This document shows positions 50,028-59,923 of a stretch of 64,000 nucleotides of DNA, one piece after another. The notes beneath the pieces are model-generated. The model searched no databases, was not told the origin of the DNA, and was given only the letters and a program-made list of their open reading frames with translations. The stretch's first letter is position 1. Each line of letters starts with the position of its first letter. The DNA comes from a virus, in IMG/VR virus record IMGVR_UViG_3300036820_000003, positions 65,941 through 129,940 of that record; one strand, written 5' to 3'. The position numbers were made by a program, and so were the translations under genes.

Positions 50028-53000
50028 ATGACAACTGCGACGATCGTTCAGTCCGTCACAGGGGCGACGACGACGAACTACGGGATCGGCACGACTGCGA
50101 TCACGACTCAGTTCGGTAATGCGATCGTCGCCTTCATCGGCTGGAACTGTGTCACACCGGGGAACTACGTGCCGACTCCGGCGGTGTCGGTGTCGGATAG
50201 CGCCGGGAACCTATGGCGACAGGTGGGGATCTCTGCCGGGGGAACTTCCGTCGCGTCGACTAGATCGGCCGTGTGGATGACGGTCGGAGCCTCAAGCGTG
50301 GACTGGGTGTCGGTGGGGGTGGCAGGTTACACGTCCGCCGCCGCCTGGACGATCACAGAGATCTCCGGCCTGGCGCAGATGATCCAGATGGACTACAGCG
50401 TCGGGACGAGCGGCACGACTGCGACCGCAAGTCTGACCGGAATCGCGTCCGGTGCTGATATCGGGTTCATCGTCATGGGCGTGGGAAACGCCGCCGAGAC
50501 CTTGTCTTCCGGTCCCTCGGGCTGGACGGCTCTGACCTCGTCCTCTTCCGGATCGGGGACCACCGGGACTGTCGTCTTCCCCTACTGGAACCCGGGGGTG
50601 ACGGCCGGGACCGCGACGCCGGGATTCACCTTGGGAACAGCCGCCCCGTACAGCTACGTGCTGTCCTGCATCGCGGTGAGCGCGTCGCCCCCCGCGCAGT
50701 ACACCTTGAACTTCCCTCTTGTGCAGATAGAGACGGCCTTCGGGACGCAGCCCGGGGCGTACTCGTCGTCAACGGACTTCACCTACTCAAGTGAGTACGT
50801 CAGCTGGACGGACATCAGCACTCGGGTGATCGGGCCGGCGGCGGAAGGACGCGTTTCCTGCGCCCGAGGTCGCCAGTACGAGCTGCAGCAAGAGGAAGCC
50901 GGCACGATGACGGTCTTCCTCAACAACTACGACGGAGCGTTCACCCCGTCGAATCCCGGTAGCCCATTCTACTCGAACGCGCTGAACGCGAACATGTCGT
51001 TCCAGTCGGGGGTGCCCCCCTGGATCACGCACGCGACGTCAGGGACTGCCAACATCACGCTGAGCCAGAGTTCAACTTACGCCTTCGCATCTGCTTTCGG
51101 CGCGTCGGCCACGTACTGCCTGGAGGTGGCAGTCGCGGCGGTGAGCACGACAGCGCCCGGCACGGAGTCCGAATTCGTTGCAGTCAACCCTAACTACCCG
51201 TACACGGCGTCCGCCTGGTTCTACACCGAGTCGCTGAACGTCACCGTCCAGATGACCGTGAACTGGTACAACTCCAGCCAGGGGCTCATATCCGGTTCCA
51301 CTGGCAGCTCGACGCTTCTCACACTCGGAGTGTGGACGCAGTGCACGGTGACGGTCGCGTCGATTCCGTCAGGGGCCGTCTACGCGCGGATCATCCCGCA
51401 GGCGGTCGGGGTTTACGCCGGAGGCATCACCTTCTACGTTGCGGAGGCCGCTCTCGCAACGGGGAGTTCCGTGGTCTCGACGGGACTCGTCGCACTGGAG
51501 ACGCCGGTAAGGCTTTCGTGCTGGTGGCAGGGCGTCAAGTTCCCGTTGTGGATGGGATACGTAGAACGCTGGCCGCAGATGTGGCCGGATATGCCGCAGT
51601 ACGGATTCAGTCAGATCACGGCGACGGACGCGCTGTCCATCTGCTCAGCCGGGGCGATGAACTCCGCGTTGGCATCAGACGTACTGGTGGACAATCCTTA
51701 CGCCTATCTGCCGTGCAACGAGCAGTACACCTCGGCAACAGTCGGAGCGACCCCGTCCGACCCGACTTTCTTCGCCGGCCAGCCGAACCTGGCCCCGGCG
51801 GACGCGAACGGGCTGATTGCGCTGAATAGAGCGAACTCGAATCAGGTGACCGGCACCTACGCGGACGGGAACAACCAGCAGTGCAGCACGGGCCTCGCTA
51901 TGAACTTCTTCGGGGACGACGGAACCGGCATGGGCGCGACCGGCTATTCCGGCGTGGTCCGGGGGCAGCGCGGTCCCTCTATGATCTACTCCGATCCTGG
52001 AATGGCCTCGATCACCAACTCCGCCAACGGATGGACGATGGAGTTCTGGGTCAACTGGAGCGGATCCGCGAACACCTTCGTCAGTTTCCTCACCGGATAC
52101 GGCATCCCGTCCGCCTTCTGGACCCCGACTACCCTGAACAACAGCGGGGCTTGCATTAACGTCGGACTGAACCCGCTGTTCGCAGGCGGTCTGAGCGTCG
52201 TAGTGGACAACACCTCAATCGGCCCTGCTCCTTTCTCTCCATCGAGCAGCCCGCAGCAGATTGTCATAGTCTTCAATTCGATCAACTACAGCCTGTATAT
52301 CAACGGGCAGTACATGCAGACATCCGTGCCGACCACGACTCAGCACAACCTCAGCGCTCTTGTCCTGGGACCGGGCCGGTACAGCTACGACTGCAACAAC
52401 GAAGGGTCTCTCTACGAGGGTCAGAATTTCGCAGCCGGCCACCTGGCCGTGTACTCGTATCCTTTGTCGCCTTCGCGTATCTTCGCCCATTACCAGACGG
52501 GGTCAACCGGCTGGTCGGGACCGACGGCGGCTTACCGATTCGCTCAGATTCTGACGTGGGCGCAACTGGGACTCAAGCGAGGCGGCTACTACGCCGGGAA
52601 CGCGACCGGGAATCCCGAGATTACCTCGATGGGACCGGCGTACCAGCTGTCAGGATCATCGGCCTCGGACGCGATCAACAACACCGCGCAGTCCGAGGGC
52701 GGGCAGTACTTCGTCAAGGCGGACGGAACGATCACCTACCTGGAGAGGGTGATCGGATATAACCAGACGTCAGTGCTGACCCTCGGGGATAACGCGACCA
52801 GCAACTCGGTCCCGCTGAACGGGAATCCGGGGTTCAACGAGCAGCCCGTCCCGTCGATCCTGCCATGGACCGTGGCGGGAAGCGGAGGCGTTAGTTACAG
52901 TTCGGCTCAGACCTACTCCGGATTCGGATCCGGGCTGCTGAGCCCGTCTGGCGGCGGCAGCGCGTTCCTGCTCTCTTCGACGGGCGGAATCACAGCGAAC

Positions 53001-53792
53001 GCGGAGTATCTCGGCGGGGCGTGGGTGTACAGCCCCTCGGGATGGGGCAGCGTGCAGATCAACTTCAACTGGCTGCTCAACGGGGTGAAGATCGGATCCG
53101 GTACGCCGAACTACTACTCGGTTGCGGCTGCCTCGTGGACGTTCATAGCGACAGAGCAGTTCGCAATCGTCGGAGGGACCAACCAGGTTCAGCTGTCAGT
53201 CGGGGAGGCCGGAACCCCCGGGACCGCTAACACTCTCTACGTGGCCTACGGGGCGGTGTGGAACAAGTCGGAGGAGATCCCGTACGCCAAGGAAACCGAA
53301 TTCGACTACGACAACACCTACCTGTACAATGAGGTGACCGCGACGCAGCAGGCCGGTCCGAATCAGCTTGTCGAATACGATTACCGATCGATCGCCTCGC
53401 AGTCCCAGTACTTCCGACGGAGCGCGCTTTCGTTCCAGTCGAACGTAGTCAGCCCGTATGATGTGTCGGATATCACAACCTGGTCGGCAACTCAATTCTC
53501 GCAGCCATCACTGCACGTGGCGGTGGTCAAGGTCGACCTGGCGTCTAATCCCGTGATGGCGTTCACCTCCATCCTGGGCGTTGACATCGGTGATATCGTA
53601 AAAGTGAATCGCAGGCCGATCGGCGGCGCGGTTATCTCGGAACTGGGAATCGTGGAGCGGATATCGATCGACGTCGGCGCTCAGTCGTTCGTGATGAGCC
53701 TGCAGATCAGCCCCTACACTCCGGGGAATGAAGTCCTCTGCGTGGACACGGCGGGTCAGAACTTCCCGGTCAACTCGATTCTAGCCTGGTAG
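50028..53792 (+). CDS. Minor tail/baseplate protein with carbohydrate-binding-like modules
   Basis: After TMP; RGRQYELQQEEAG; two N.sF...PW CBM-like repeats; LamG-like WTMEFW. Confidence 0.8.
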   Translation: MTTATIVQSVTGATTTNYGIGTTAITTQFGNAIVAFIGWNCVTPGNYVPTPAVSVSDSAGNLWRQVGISAGGTSVASTRSAVWMTVGASSVDWVSVGVAGYTSAAAWTITEISGLAQMIQMDYSVGTSGTTATASLTGIASGADIGFIVMGVGNAAETLSSGPSGWTALTSSSSGSGTTGTVVFPYWNPGVTAGTATPGFTLGTAAPYSYVLSCIAVSASPPAQYTLNFPLVQIETAFGTQPGAYSSSTDFTYSSEYVSWTDISTRVIGPAAEGRVSCARGRQYELQQEEAGTMTVFLNNYDGAFTPSNPGSPFYSNALNANMSFQSGVPPWITHATSGTANITLSQSSTYAFASAFGASATYCLEVAVAAVSTTAPGTESEFVAVNPNYPYTASAWFYTESLNVTVQMTVNWYNSSQGLISGSTGSSTLLTLGVWTQCTVTVASIPSGAVYARIIPQAVGVYAGGITFYVAEAALATGSSVVSTGLVALETPVRLSCWWQGVKFPLWMGYVERWPQMWPDMPQYGFSQITATDALSICSAGAMNSALASDVLVDNPYAYLPCNEQYTSATVGATPSDPTFFAGQPNLAPADANGLIALNRANSNQVTGTYADGNNQQCSTGLAMNFFGDDGTGMGATGYSGVVRGQRGPSMIYSDPGMASITNSANGWTMEFWVNWSGSANTFVSFLTGYGIPSAFWTPTTLNNSGACINVGLNPLFAGGLSVVVDNTSIGPAPFSPSSSPQQIVIVFNSINYSLYINGQYMQTSVPTTTQHNLSALVLGPGRYSYDCNNEGSLYEGQNFAAGHLAVYSYPLSPSRIFAHYQTGSTGWSGPTAAYRFAQILTWAQLGLKRGGYYAGNATGNPEITSMGPAYQLSGSSASDAINNTAQSEGGQYFVKADGTITYLERVIGYNQTSVLTLGDNATSNSVPLNGNPGFNEQPVPSILPWTVAGSGGVSYSSAQTYSGFGSGLLSPSGGGSAFLLSSTGGITANAEYLGGAWVYSPSGWGSVQINFNWLLNGVKIGSGTPNYYSVAAASWTFIATEQFAIVGGTNQVQLSVGEAGTPGTANTLYVAYGAVWNKSEEIPYAKETEFDYDNTYLYNEVTATQQAGPNQLVEYDYRSIASQSQYFRRSALSFQSNVVSPYDVSDITTWSATQFSQPSLHVAVVKVDLASNPVMAFTSILGVDIGDIVKVNRRPIGGAVISELGIVERISIDVGAQSFVMSLQISPYTPGNEVLCVDTAGQNFPVNSILAW

Positions 53793-53808
53793 GGGGAGGG
53801 GGGAGGGA

Positions 53809-55632
53809 GTGCCTGTACAGCCTTCGAATTTCTTCTCCGGGCCATTGTCACCGCAGCAGCTCAATTACAACCTTTACAGCTTCGACGGCAACAACTTCGA
53901 CGCGACCGGGATTTTGTTCCACTCGCATCGACCTCTGATGGCCGAGACCCTCATCGCCTCGGGCACGGCCTACACGCAGCTGTCGACTAACCCCGTGGAC
54001 GTCGCCGGGGCGACCGGCTACACCGTGGTGGACACTTCGGCGTTGTTCGGCGTAGGGGCGGATCTGCCGGGAACCTATGCCTTCTACCATTTCCAGAATT
54101 ACGTGTCCGCCTCGGCCGGGACGGCCGGGGGGTACGGAGGGCAGTGGCTGACGTGGGGATTCCCTCTGCTAGGGGCCGTCGTGACGCCTCCCGGAGGAGT
54201 CGGGGCCGGGATGTACGTCAACAGCAGTTTCAACACGATGGGAGTGTTCCAGTACGGGGACACTGCGCACGACAACGGCCCCTGGTACCTGGATCTCATT
54301 AACCCTGGCTGGGGATCGGTCAACACCTGGAAGCCGGGATTCTGGTGGCTGACCGCCAGCAACCCGGTGATGCAGGTGCAGACGAACGACAGTTCCGGTC
54401 TGACGACCCGACAGGGCTGGCTGTGGATGGCCGTCAACGAGCTTAACGGGGGCGTGGTCGGCTCCGTCCCGACTCCGCAGCTCTCGTGGCAGACTGTGAC
54501 CTCGTCGGCCCTGAACTCCTCGGTCGGAAGCGTGCTGACCTTCCTCAACAACCCGCCCACGCTGCGAGTTTCCACGACGACAGGACAGGTCGTACCGACT
54601 GCGACTCCCACGATTCTCCAGTTCACCGGGACTCCCACTCAGGATAACTACGCAGGATGGTCCACGTCTGCGAGCAACTACACCGCTCAGCTTCCGGGTT
54701 TGTACCTGTTCTGCCCGACTACGGTGTGGGGGACCGTCAGCTCATCAGGAGTCCGGTACAGCGGGCTTCAGGTGGCGGCCGGAGGAACGACCATCAGCCA
54801 TCAAGGTCCGGCCTATGCCGCGACGCCGGTCGGACCGGGAGTCTCGGGAGTCGGGATGACCGGAACCTCGGTCGTGCGAATTCTGAATCTCAACGTCGGA
54901 GACAAGGTCGCGTTCTACGGGGTTCAGAACAGCGGGGGGAACATGCCGCTGTACACCGGACAGGCGAGCCGGGGGATCGGCTGCTACATGAACCCGATCG
55001 CGCCATCCGGATCCGTTTTCACCTACGGCTACCCGAACACGGGCTTCCGCTTCCAGGCGGGGCTGCTATCGGGGACGGCGCTGCTGGCGGCTCTCAACAC
55101 CCATCTTGGGACTGACTTGCAGTTCCTGATGAACAAGCCGTACTTCACAGGGTACCAGTCCACCGCCCAGGCGAATCTCGGGACGACCGGCACGTTCAAC
55201 AAAGTGACGATCGACACGCTGGGAGCCTTGCCACGCGGCGGGAACGGCGACAACTACGGCGGCTGGTCGACAGGAAACAACTGGTACGCGTCGCAGCTGG
55301 CGGGCTGGTATCTGGTGATCGCCGACTTGTACGCAACTCCGCCAGCGTCCGGGACGCTAGGGACGATCACCGGAGGGATCTTCGTCTCATCCAGCGGGAG
55401 CGTGTCCCCGATCAACACTCCCGATCAGTTCCAGAAGGTGCACTATCCGGTTGCGACGGGCGGTCCCCCGCCCGGAGTGACCTGCATCGGAGCTTACTAC
55501 CTGCTCCCAGGCGAGACCGTTTACCCGGCGATCGCGTTCCAGGGGTGGGGGGCGTCGGCCGGAACGTACGTGAGCACAAGCACCGCGACAACTGTGCACA
55601 GTCAGTTCAGCTGCTTCTGGGTGGCGGAGTGA
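53809..55632 (+). CDS. Minor tail/receptor-binding protein with two similar beta-domains
   Basis: Repeat FLNNPP...DNYAGW...LPGLY and FLMNKP...DNYGGW...LAGWY. Confidence 0.75.
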   Translation: MPVQPSNFFSGPLSPQQLNYNLYSFDGNNFDATGILFHSHRPLMAETLIASGTAYTQLSTNPVDVAGATGYTVVDTSALFGVGADLPGTYAFYHFQNYVSASAGTAGGYGGQWLTWGFPLLGAVVTPPGGVGAGMYVNSSFNTMGVFQYGDTAHDNGPWYLDLINPGWGSVNTWKPGFWWLTASNPVMQVQTNDSSGLTTRQGWLWMAVNELNGGVVGSVPTPQLSWQTVTSSALNSSVGSVLTFLNNPPTLRVSTTTGQVVPTATPTILQFTGTPTQDNYAGWSTSASNYTAQLPGLYLFCPTTVWGTVSSSGVRYSGLQVAAGGTTISHQGPAYAATPVGPGVSGVGMTGTSVVRILNLNVGDKVAFYGVQNSGGNMPLYTGQASRGIGCYMNPIAPSGSVFTYGYPNTGFRFQAGLLSGTALLAALNTHLGTDLQFLMNKPYFTGYQSTAQANLGTTGTFNKVTIDTLGALPRGGNGDNYGGWSTGNNWYASQLAGWYLVIADLYATPPASGTLGTITGGIFVSSSGSVSPINTPDQFQKVHYPVATGGPPPGVTCIGAYYLLPGETVYPAIAFQGWGASAGTYVSTSTATTVHSQFSCFWVAE

Positions 55633-55661
55633 GGTGATCAAATGAGCCAGGTGAATCTTGA

Positions 55662-55959
55662 CGACGGATATGTGCGAGTCAGCCGGGGAACTCGTCGCTG
55701 GGCGATGCTGCTTCTTATCCTCGTGCTGGTGATGGGGGCTGCGGCAGTGCTATCCAGCTACATCGAGTGGAATCATTACATCAGCACGCAGCGAGCGCAG
55801 GGGGCGGCAATCGACGCCCGTCTCTGCGCGACTCTTGACAAGCTCGCGTCTCTGAAGCCTCCTTCGGGGAGCGCCGCGGACAACCCGTCCCGAGCGTACG
55901 AGCAGAAGCTCTCGGAGACCCTCGCGCAGCTGCGACCTGACATCGGGTGCGGGAAATGA
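55662..55959 (+). CDS. Single-TM membrane protein (lysis-module candidate)
   Basis: SD GAGGTGA; one hydrophobic helix, two Cys. Confidence 0.65.
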
Positions 55960-56300
55960 ACCCGGCTTGGGTGTCGGCCGTGGTCGCGCTGTCGGTCGCC
56001 ATCGCAGCGCTTCTGATCTGGCTGACACGCATCCTGTGGCGAGTGTACCAGAAAATGGACTCGTTTCTCGAGGACTGGAACGGCAGTCCCGCAACTCCGG
56101 GTCATCCGGCCCGGCCCGGCGTGATGGAGCGGCTGGTGGACCTGGAGACAACCACATGCAGTTACCGGGATCGATTCGACAGCCAGGATCACGAGCTTGC
56201 CGCCATCAAATCCGAGGTGACCTACAACTCCGGGCACAGTCTCAAGGATACGGTGCGCGCCATCAAATTGCTAGTCGATAAGATCGGCCCGACTAACTAG
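55956..56300 (+). CDS. Membrane protein (holin-associated actinophage type)
   Basis: N-terminal TM; DWNGSPATPGHPARPGVMERL. Confidence 0.7.
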   Translation: MNPAWVSAVVALSVAIAALLIWLTRILWRVYQKMDSFLEDWNGSPATPGHPARPGVMERLVDLETTTCSYRDRFDSQDHELAAIKSEVTYNSGHSLKDTVRAIKLLVDKIGPTN

Positions 56301-56308
56301 GAGAGGAT

Positions 56309-56803
56309 ATGACGGAGACCGAGCCAGCGCCCGCGCCCGTCCCGCGTCACCCGCACTTCGGGTTCAGTCACGGGCTGGCGGTCCACAAGCACACAATCGA
56401 TCACATGCCGATCGGAACGGCTTACCAGCGGTTCAACAAGAGATGCGCACTATGGATAACGAAAAACGTCGGGAGCATGACCGCGTTCTGGCTTTTCACT
56501 GTGCTCAGCGCGTTCGTGGCACCGTCGTGCCTGTTCGCGGCGGGGTACATTCACTGGCACGTGTTCATCACGTCTTTCGGATTCGAGCTCCTCGCGACGC
56601 TGATTCTCTCAACCTGGCTGGAACTCGCCCTGATGCCCGCGATCATGGTGGGAACCAACCTCGCCGCCGCAGCCTCGGATGCTCGAGCCGCGAAGCAGTT
56701 CGAAGACCTCGAGCAGGTAAAAGACTGGCTGGACACCCGCACCGAAGGTGGTCTGAAAGAGGTGCTTGACCAGATTGCCCTCATCAACTCGAAGTTGAGT
56801 TAG
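56309..56803 (+). CDS. DUF1003-like membrane protein
   Basis: ITKNVGSM..FWLF...LALMPAIMVGTN...SDARA. Confidence 0.7.
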   Translation: MTETEPAPAPVPRHPHFGFSHGLAVHKHTIDHMPIGTAYQRFNKRCALWITKNVGSMTAFWLFTVLSAFVAPSCLFAAGYIHWHVFITSFGFELLATLILSTWLELALMPAIMVGTNLAAAASDARAAKQFEDLEQVKDWLDTRTEGGLKEVLDQIALINSKLS

Positions 56804-57789
56804 TACCAGATCTCGTGCTCGATGTTGAGGATGACGCGAGTCCCCTGAGGATCGATCTTGATCGGCATCTCCCTCATGTCGCTGAGTGCCGCTCGAATAG
56901 CCTTATGACGTTCTTGCGGTGCCAGGACGAGCAGGAATCCGCCGCCGCCTGCTCCGGTGATCTTCGCTCCCGACGCTCCGGCTCCGAGAGACCGGGAAAT
57001 CCAGTTGTCGATCTGCGAGCTGGAGATACTCGAAGCGAGGTTTCGCTTGATCTCCCAGCTCCCTCGAACCGAGTTGCCGACTGCCTCAACGCGACCGGCT
57101 AGCAGCTGCCTGGTTCCAAAATACGCGAGTCCTCGCAGGTCCTTGAGCTTTTCTACAGTTGAATCTATGTTCGATTTCTGTTCGGCTAGAATGGGATCCG
57201 CACTCCGGGTGATCCCGGTGTAGAAGAGAAGCATCTGACGTTGCAGTTCCCTGCGATCCCAGTACGGGAAGATAACATTGTTAAAGGACACTCCCTCATT
57301 CGAGAAATTCAGGCTTCGGATGCCGCCAAGCGCCGTGATGTACTGATCCTGGCGTCCGATGGGCTTGCCGCATCGATCGATCTCTATCTCGCACGCCATG
57401 GATGCGAGATCCTCGACCGGAACTTGCCGACCCTTGTAGGAGTACAGCGCGTTCAGCAGTCCGACGGTGACGGCTGAAGACGAGCCGAGCCCGGTGCCGG
57501 ACGCCGGGATGTCCGCCAGGGTGGTGATCTCGATACCGGAGGTGACCCCCGTCATGAGCATCGCCTCGCGGATGAGATCGTGCTGGATGTCCTCCACTCG
57601 GGAGACGACTTCGCGCGTGGTGTAGTTGAGGTGAATGTTGGAGTCGAAACGCTGATTGACTATGACGTACACGTATTTGTCGATCGCTACGCTGAGCGTC
57701 CGTCCGCCGCCGTGCTTGAGATAGAAGTCCGGCAGGTCGGTACCGCCGCCGAGAAGTCCGACGCGAAGAGGAGTCTGGGTGATGATCAT
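56800..57789 (-). CDS. hddA: D-glycero-alpha-D-manno-heptose-7-phosphate kinase (GHMP kinase)
   Basis: TPLRVGLLGGGTDLP, PASGTGLGSSSA, GAKITGAGGGGF; next to gmhA. Confidence 0.88.
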   Translation of the reverse strand: MIITQTPLRVGLLGGGTDLPDFYLKHGGGRTLSVAIDKYVYVIVNQRFDSNIHLNYTTREVVSRVEDIQHDLIREAMLMTGVTSGIEITTLADIPASGTGLGSSSAVTVGLLNALYSYKGRQVPVEDLASMACEIEIDRCGKPIGRQDQYITALGGIRSLNFSNEGVSFNNVIFPYWDRRELQRQMLLFYTGITRSADPILAEQKSNIDSTVEKLKDLRGLAYFGTRQLLAGRVEAVGNSVRGSWEIKRNLASSISSSQIDNWISRSLGAGASGAKITGAGGGGFLLVLAPQERHKAIRAALSDMREMPIKIDPQGTRVILNIEHEIWY

Positions 57790-58475
57790 CTCGGGGAGTG
57801 CTCCTTCCATTCCAGTAGTGCTCTATAGTACCCCTCGAACGTGCCGACGTCCCGGAAATAGGATTCGATTGGAACGACACGGGCGCGGTTAACGAGTCGG
57901 GGAAGCAGATCGTGCCCGATGTCTACGGGCCGGCCGGAGGGAATTTCCTCGAGGATCGCCGGACCGAACGCGTAGATCCCGGAATTGGACAAGTCCGACA
58001 TGGGACGCTCGGGCCGTTCAACGTAGGACGTGAGGGTGCGATCAGGGCCTACCTGCATGCTCCCCCTACGGGACTGGTGGGACACGAGCGTCGCGATCGG
58101 GGAGTGCTCGCGATGATCCTGGATAAGGGTTCGCAGGCTGAAGCTGGTCAGCCCGTCCGAATTGACGGCGAGGAAGAAATCTTCATCCTTGATGAAGTTC
58201 CCGTGCGCGAGGATAGTTCCCGCGCTGCCGAGGAGATCGGTCTCGTGCATGAGGTGAACCTGGGGCGGGGCTGCCCGTCTTTCGATTCGATCCTGCACGA
58301 GCAGCGCGTGGTGATGGGTGTTGACAAGGACCTCGTCCACCCCGGCGGCGTAGAGATTGTCCAGCCAGCGGTCTAGCATCGTACGGCCAGCGACGCTGAT
58401 GAGGCACTTGGGAGTCGCGTCCGTCAGAGGTCGCAGCCGGGATCCTGTCCCGGCTGCGAACAGGAAGGCCTTCAG
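57786..58475 (-). CDS. hddC: Heptose-1-phosphate guanylyltransferase-like nucleotidyltransferase, apparent CTG start
   Basis: KAFLFAAGTGSRLRPLTDATPKCL lies upstream of the ORF-track start; only CTG (58475) is available, GAGG SD 7 nt before it. Confidence 0.8.
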   Translation of the reverse strand: MKAFLFAAGTGSRLRPLTDATPKCLISVAGRTMLDRWLDNLYAAGVDEVLVNTHHHALLVQDRIERRAAPPQVHLMHETDLLGSAGTILAHGNFIKDEDFFLAVNSDGLTSFSLRTLIQDHREHSPIATLVSHQSRRGSMQVGPDRTLTSYVERPERPMSDLSNSGIYAFGPAILEEIPSGRPVDIGHDLLPRLVNRARVVPIESYFRDVGTFEGYYRALLEWKEHSPR

Positions 58476-59095
58476 AAGATCGCCTCAGATATATCGACAT
58501 CGCCGAAATTCGACTGCCGGATGAACTGAGCGAGCGAATGCGCGATAGACTGGTGCACATCCTCGACTACGCCGTAGTTATCGCAGTCCACGTGAATCGA
58601 AAGCTCCGCGAGCCTAGCCGCGTCGCCGCCGGTGAATCCGGTGAGGGCTATGGTGGGCATACCGTAGCTCCTCGCCCAGCTGAGCGCGCTAGCGATATTC
58701 TGGGATCGGCCAGATGAAGAGATCGCGATCAGCACGTCGTCAGGAGTCGCCTGGGACGTCAGCTGATACGAGAAGATATAATCGTACCCGACATCGTTGG
58801 CGATAGCAGTGATAAGCTCGGTGTTCACACTGAGACTAGTGACGCGGGGGAGCAACCCGGTGTCGTCGCGGGTGCCTTTGGCGTGATCGCACGTGAAGTG
58901 GTTGGCGATGGAGGCCGAGCCTCCGTTGCCGCAGGTGAAAACCCGGGAGCCCTCGCTGTAGGCCTGGAGCAGGATGCCCGCCGCGCGCTTCAGGGTCGCG
59001 ATATTGACGGACTTCCAGGCGCGCTGGAGTTCCTCGTGGTAGTCTGCGAAGTACAGGCCCGCGTGTCCGTACGAACGCTGGGGGAAGCTGCTCAT
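58472..59095 (-). CDS. gmhA: Phosphoheptose isomerase (SIS domain)
   Basis: FTCGNGGSASIANH, AISSSGRSQNI, EDVHQSIAH. Confidence 0.92.
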   Translation of the reverse strand: MSSFPQRSYGHAGLYFADYHEELQRAWKSVNIATLKRAAGILLQAYSEGSRVFTCGNGGSASIANHFTCDHAKGTRDDTGLLPRVTSLSVNTELITAIANDVGYDYIFSYQLTSQATPDDVLIAISSSGRSQNIASALSWARSYGMPTIALTGFTGGDAARLAELSIHVDCDNYGVVEDVHQSIAHSLAQFIRQSNFGDVDISEAIF

Positions 59096-59129
59096 AAGGG
59101 AAGTCTAGCAGGGCGGGAGGGGACGCGCA

Positions 59130-59906
59130 ATGCTAACGATGTACGACTCGATTTCAGTTGACGTGATTCCGGAGGGGGCCGGTGCGGTCGCCGGGTACGT
59201 GAACGGGTCATGGGCCACCTTCGCCTCGCTGGCCGAGAAGTTCCCGCGAGCGCTGCTGCTGAGCGTCACCGTGAACGGGGAGGCGGAAGTGATTGCGGAC
59301 GTGGTGGACGTGGAAACGGGGGCCTACACGACGGCGCAGGGCGTGGCGTGGGCCGCCAGGCGGGCCGGGGAGGGGGCCTGGAGGCCCTGTGTGTACGCTA
59401 GCGCCTCGGGTATGGGCGGGGTGCTGGCGGGGCTTGCAGCGGGCGGCTGGAACCTGGATGCCTTTAGATTCTGGTCGGCTCACTACGGGGTCGGCGCTCA
59501 TATCTGCGGACCCGGGTCGTGCGGGGCTGTGGAGAGGGGGATGGACGGAACGCAGTGGACGGACGCTGCGGGAGGCGCTAACCTGGATGAGAGCCTGCTA
59601 CTGGATGATTTCTTCGGAGGTGGAGACATGTCGCTGATCGCCGCTGGCGCGGAGTACATGGTCGGTTCGATTCCGGCCGGGAGTTCAACCGGGATGTGGC
59701 TGTTCGCAGACCCGACGGTGCACGGGAAGACCCAGCAGATGATCCGGGTGGCCGTGCACTCCGCATCGAAGGGGTACTCCCAGGTGATCGAGGTGGCGGT
59801 GAACGGGACCACATCGATCGCGTTCACGGAGAAGGACGTGGACGGCGTGTCGCTGGCACGACACGACGGATCTTCGAATTGGATGCCGGTTGCCTTCCAC
59901 TTCTGA
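59130..59906 (+). CDS. GH25/DUF1906-like glycoside hydrolase, probable endolysin
   Basis: MYDS...VAGYVNG...DVETG...PCVYAS...WSAHY...GTQWTD...NLDES. Confidence 0.7.
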   Translation: MLTMYDSISVDVIPEGAGAVAGYVNGSWATFASLAEKFPRALLLSVTVNGEAEVIADVVDVETGAYTTAQGVAWAARRAGEGAWRPCVYASASGMGGVLAGLAAGGWNLDAFRFWSAHYGVGAHICGPGSCGAVERGMDGTQWTDAAGGANLDESLLLDDFFGGGDMSLIAAGAEYMVGSIPAGSSTGMWLFADPTVHGKTQQMIRVAVHSASKGYSQVIEVAVNGTTSIAFTEKDVDGVSLARHDGSSNWMPVAFHF

Positions 59907-59918
59907 GCGTGCTAGGAT
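59890..59918 (+). promoter_or_regulatory. Promoter TTGCCT-17-TGcTAGGAT, leaderless glyco operon
   Basis: GTG 59924 is 5 nt after the -10. Confidence 0.6.
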
Positions 59919-59923
59919 TAGCT

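Noticed and set aside
59696-59923. N-terminal extension of the GT17 ORF
   Set aside because: Overlaps the endolysin; promoter geometry and family N-terminus support GTG 59924
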